Positions 61,769 through 64,000 of a DNA stretch of 64,000 nt are shown here, one piece after another; position 1 is the first letter of the stretch, and each line of letters opens with the position of its first letter. Origin of the DNA: Malacoraja senta (lineage: Eukaryota). The notes under the pieces were generated by a model. That model did no database searches. It was not told where the DNA came from and was given only the letters and a program-made list of their open reading frames with translations. The stretch spans positions 7,132,001 through 7,196,000 of the forward strand of contig CM075989.1 in the NCBI GenBank assembly GCA_038087875.1, given 5' to 3'. The translations under genes were made by a program, and so were the position numbers.

Positions 61769-62075
61769 AGGACCTGTCCCACTGTACGAGGTAATTCAAG
61801 AGTTCTCCCGAGTTTCCCCTGATTCGAACTCAGAGAATTACGGTAATAGCCGTTCGTAGGTACTCGGGGGCTCTCGTGGACATTTTTCACAGTGCTGAAA
61901 AAACTTCACGAGTTACCGCATTTCCCGAGTACCTGCCGTTAGCATTACGAGCCGCTACAAGACATCCACGAGCTCCGACGTAGCCGCTACATACATTCTA
62001 CGTACTTACCACGAGTTTGATTTTTTTTAAACTCGGGAGAGCTCTTGTATTACCTCGTACAGTGGGACAGGCCCT
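61769..62075. mobile_element. PIF/Harbinger-like MITE, subfamily A
   Basis: TIRs, TTA TSD at 61766-61768 and 62076-62078. Confidence 0.92.
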
Positions 62076-62429
62076 TTAGCTTAGTCAGAACGCCATCGCT
62101 GCAGAATAAGTCCTTGGGTTAGAAAAGAATCACTAATTGAAAACTGGTCCCGCCAGATAGCCGCGTTCACACAGTCTCAAGTCTGAAGGGTTGTATCTCC
62201 ATTAGTGGGTAGGATCTGCAGTCAACGTTTCCTCCCGGCCTCGGCAAAGATCGTTTGGAAGAGAAGAATTGGGGCATTGGGCATTGGACAGCAGGATGGG
62301 GATGGGTTTACAAACAGAACACCAAGGGGCATGAACAGTGAGAGAAGCAACACAAACCAGTTACACGAGGCTCTTCCTGCAAAGCAACAAATTGTTGATG
62401 CCTTGGCATGGTTTGTATCAAATATAGAT

Positions 62430-62600
62430 TCCTGCCACATCCCAAAGACATGCGGCTTTGTGGGTTAATTGACCTCTGTAAATTGCCCCTATTGTGTAGG
62501 GAGTGGGTAAGATAGTGGGATATCATAGAACTAGTTTGTGTCATAGAACAAGTGGGCTCAAGGGCCTGTTTTCCTGCTGTATCTTTAAAGTTAAACTTAA
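62430..62600 (+). mobile_element. partial HE1-like SINE
   Basis: 3' half only. Confidence 0.7.
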
Positions 62601-62812
62601 AAATAAATGTGATTAATAGGCAGCTGGTTCTCACTGGCCAATACCCCAGGGAAACAAAGATTTGAGCCAAATGGCTGATGGTCCTTTCTCTTTGACCTTC
62701 ATCACAGCTTGTGAGTACGAGCTGCCACGTATCAGATAGACCATCCTCGCTGAAAAATACACCAACAAAACCACTAGGTAACAGAGTTTCTGTCAATGCA
62801 CTGCTGGAATTT

Positions 62813-63003
62813 TTAGTTTAATTCAGTTTACAGATACCGCGTGAAAATATGCCCTTCTGCCCACCGGGTCCGCGCCGACCAGCGATCCCCGCACATTAAC
62901 ACTTCCGACCCACACTAGGGAATTGTATTTTACATTTACCAAGCCAATTAACCTACATAGATGTATGTCTTTGGAGTGTGGGAGGAAACCGAAGATCTCG
63001 GAG
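62813..63003 (-). mobile_element. partial HE1-like SINE
   Basis: Tail and 3' half. Confidence 0.8.
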
Positions 63004-63854
63004 TAACTCTAGCGCTGTCCCATGTGCGGTATCCTTTCAAGGTGATTTGTAGATTACACTGAACACAAATCTCATTTGGTCAATGGTTCTTTTATTACCA
63101 CGTGTAGTGTACTAAGGTACAGTAAAATACATTTGCAGAATCTGCAGCAGTTGCTGACATTTTTAATAAAGGGATGCTTTGATTTCAGGGTTTCTCTCAA
63201 TTAGAATTGAATCTAAGGAGAATCAGACATTATTGCCTGGGTCTGTGGCGATCTTGACCAAGTTAACTCCAATGCAATGAGTTTAATTTCCTTTGAAATG
63301 CAGGGTTGATCTGATTTTTCTCTCTTAAGACCAAGACAATTTAGTATGCTGAATGACGAATTCTGTAGAATCTGTTCTGAACATACATTCAGCTAAAGAT
63401 TTGAAAGCTTTTAGCTGCATAAGGGAGGTATGTTAGGAAACTATGACAAGATACATAAAATGAAGGCATCTTGTCTTAAAGGAAGATGGAAGCATTTTAG
63501 AATTTGAACCCAAACTCTTGGAACAAAGTAGAACAGGCTTAGCTCTAAACTGTGTTGAACCTAACAATGATCTCTCTAATTGATTGAACCCCATTGCTTG
63601 GCACAAACCCTCTCCATCTAATTCCACATCAACAGAAAAAAATGTCGAGCTGAAACATAATGCCACAATATTGCATCTACTGTTAGATTCCAGTTCACCA
63701 TGTTCAGAAGTGCCAGAATATTTCTGCACTGCATCCAAACGATAAAACAGGAGTTAATCCAGATATTTTTGTTTTTTATTTCCTGGTTCTCTCTTTTCTC
63801 CTAAGGACAACGAGTCTCATGGGTATGACTTCACAAGTACTTGTATTCACCTCG

Positions 63855-63972
63855 ATAAGATCATCCCTCAGACTCCTATGCTCCCAGGACTAAGGTCCTA
63901 GCCTGCCCAACTTCTTCCCTTCGGCTCAGGCCCTTGGGTTCTGGCAACACTCTTGTAAATCTTTTCTGCACA
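63855..63972 (-). mobile_element. CR1 RT fragment
   Basis: Homologous to 7480-7590. Confidence 0.7.
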
Positions 63973-64000
63973 AATGGTGGTTGCTCGTGGACAAGTTGAA

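Noticed and set aside
63433..63738. 101-aa minus-strand ORF in unique DNA
   Set aside because: No recognisable motif, no ATG start and no convincing splice signals; the length is within chance.

Overview
Repeat-dense vertebrate genomic DNA. The repeat inventory (HE1/V-type tRNA SINEs, CR1, Rex1/Babar, L2, Deu-SINE relics) points to a cartilaginous fish, probably a skate or ray; that assignment is inference. I found no intact host protein-coding gene. The ORF track is explained by decayed retroelement coding fragments, SINE/MITE read-through and low-complexity DNA, so the window is probably intronic or intergenic. It includes one 200-N assembly gap. The main finding is three short retroposons of 141-177 bp, each with a target-site duplication (TSD) and an AAG tail (10290-10430, 26718-26894, 58063-58204). 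Each begins at the first nucleotide (26718: the second) of a compact HDV/CPEB3-like double-pseudoknot ribozyme fold. They form two families with different sequences but compensating stems and a shared 3' stem-loop design, and they have no tRNA head. The window also holds about 25 Penelope-like fragments with minimal hammerhead motifs (often as inverted pairs with long TSDs), ten Harbinger-like MITEs, and a non-autonomous Helitron. Boundaries of old, decayed repeats are approximate, and family names come from recalled motifs, not from a database search.
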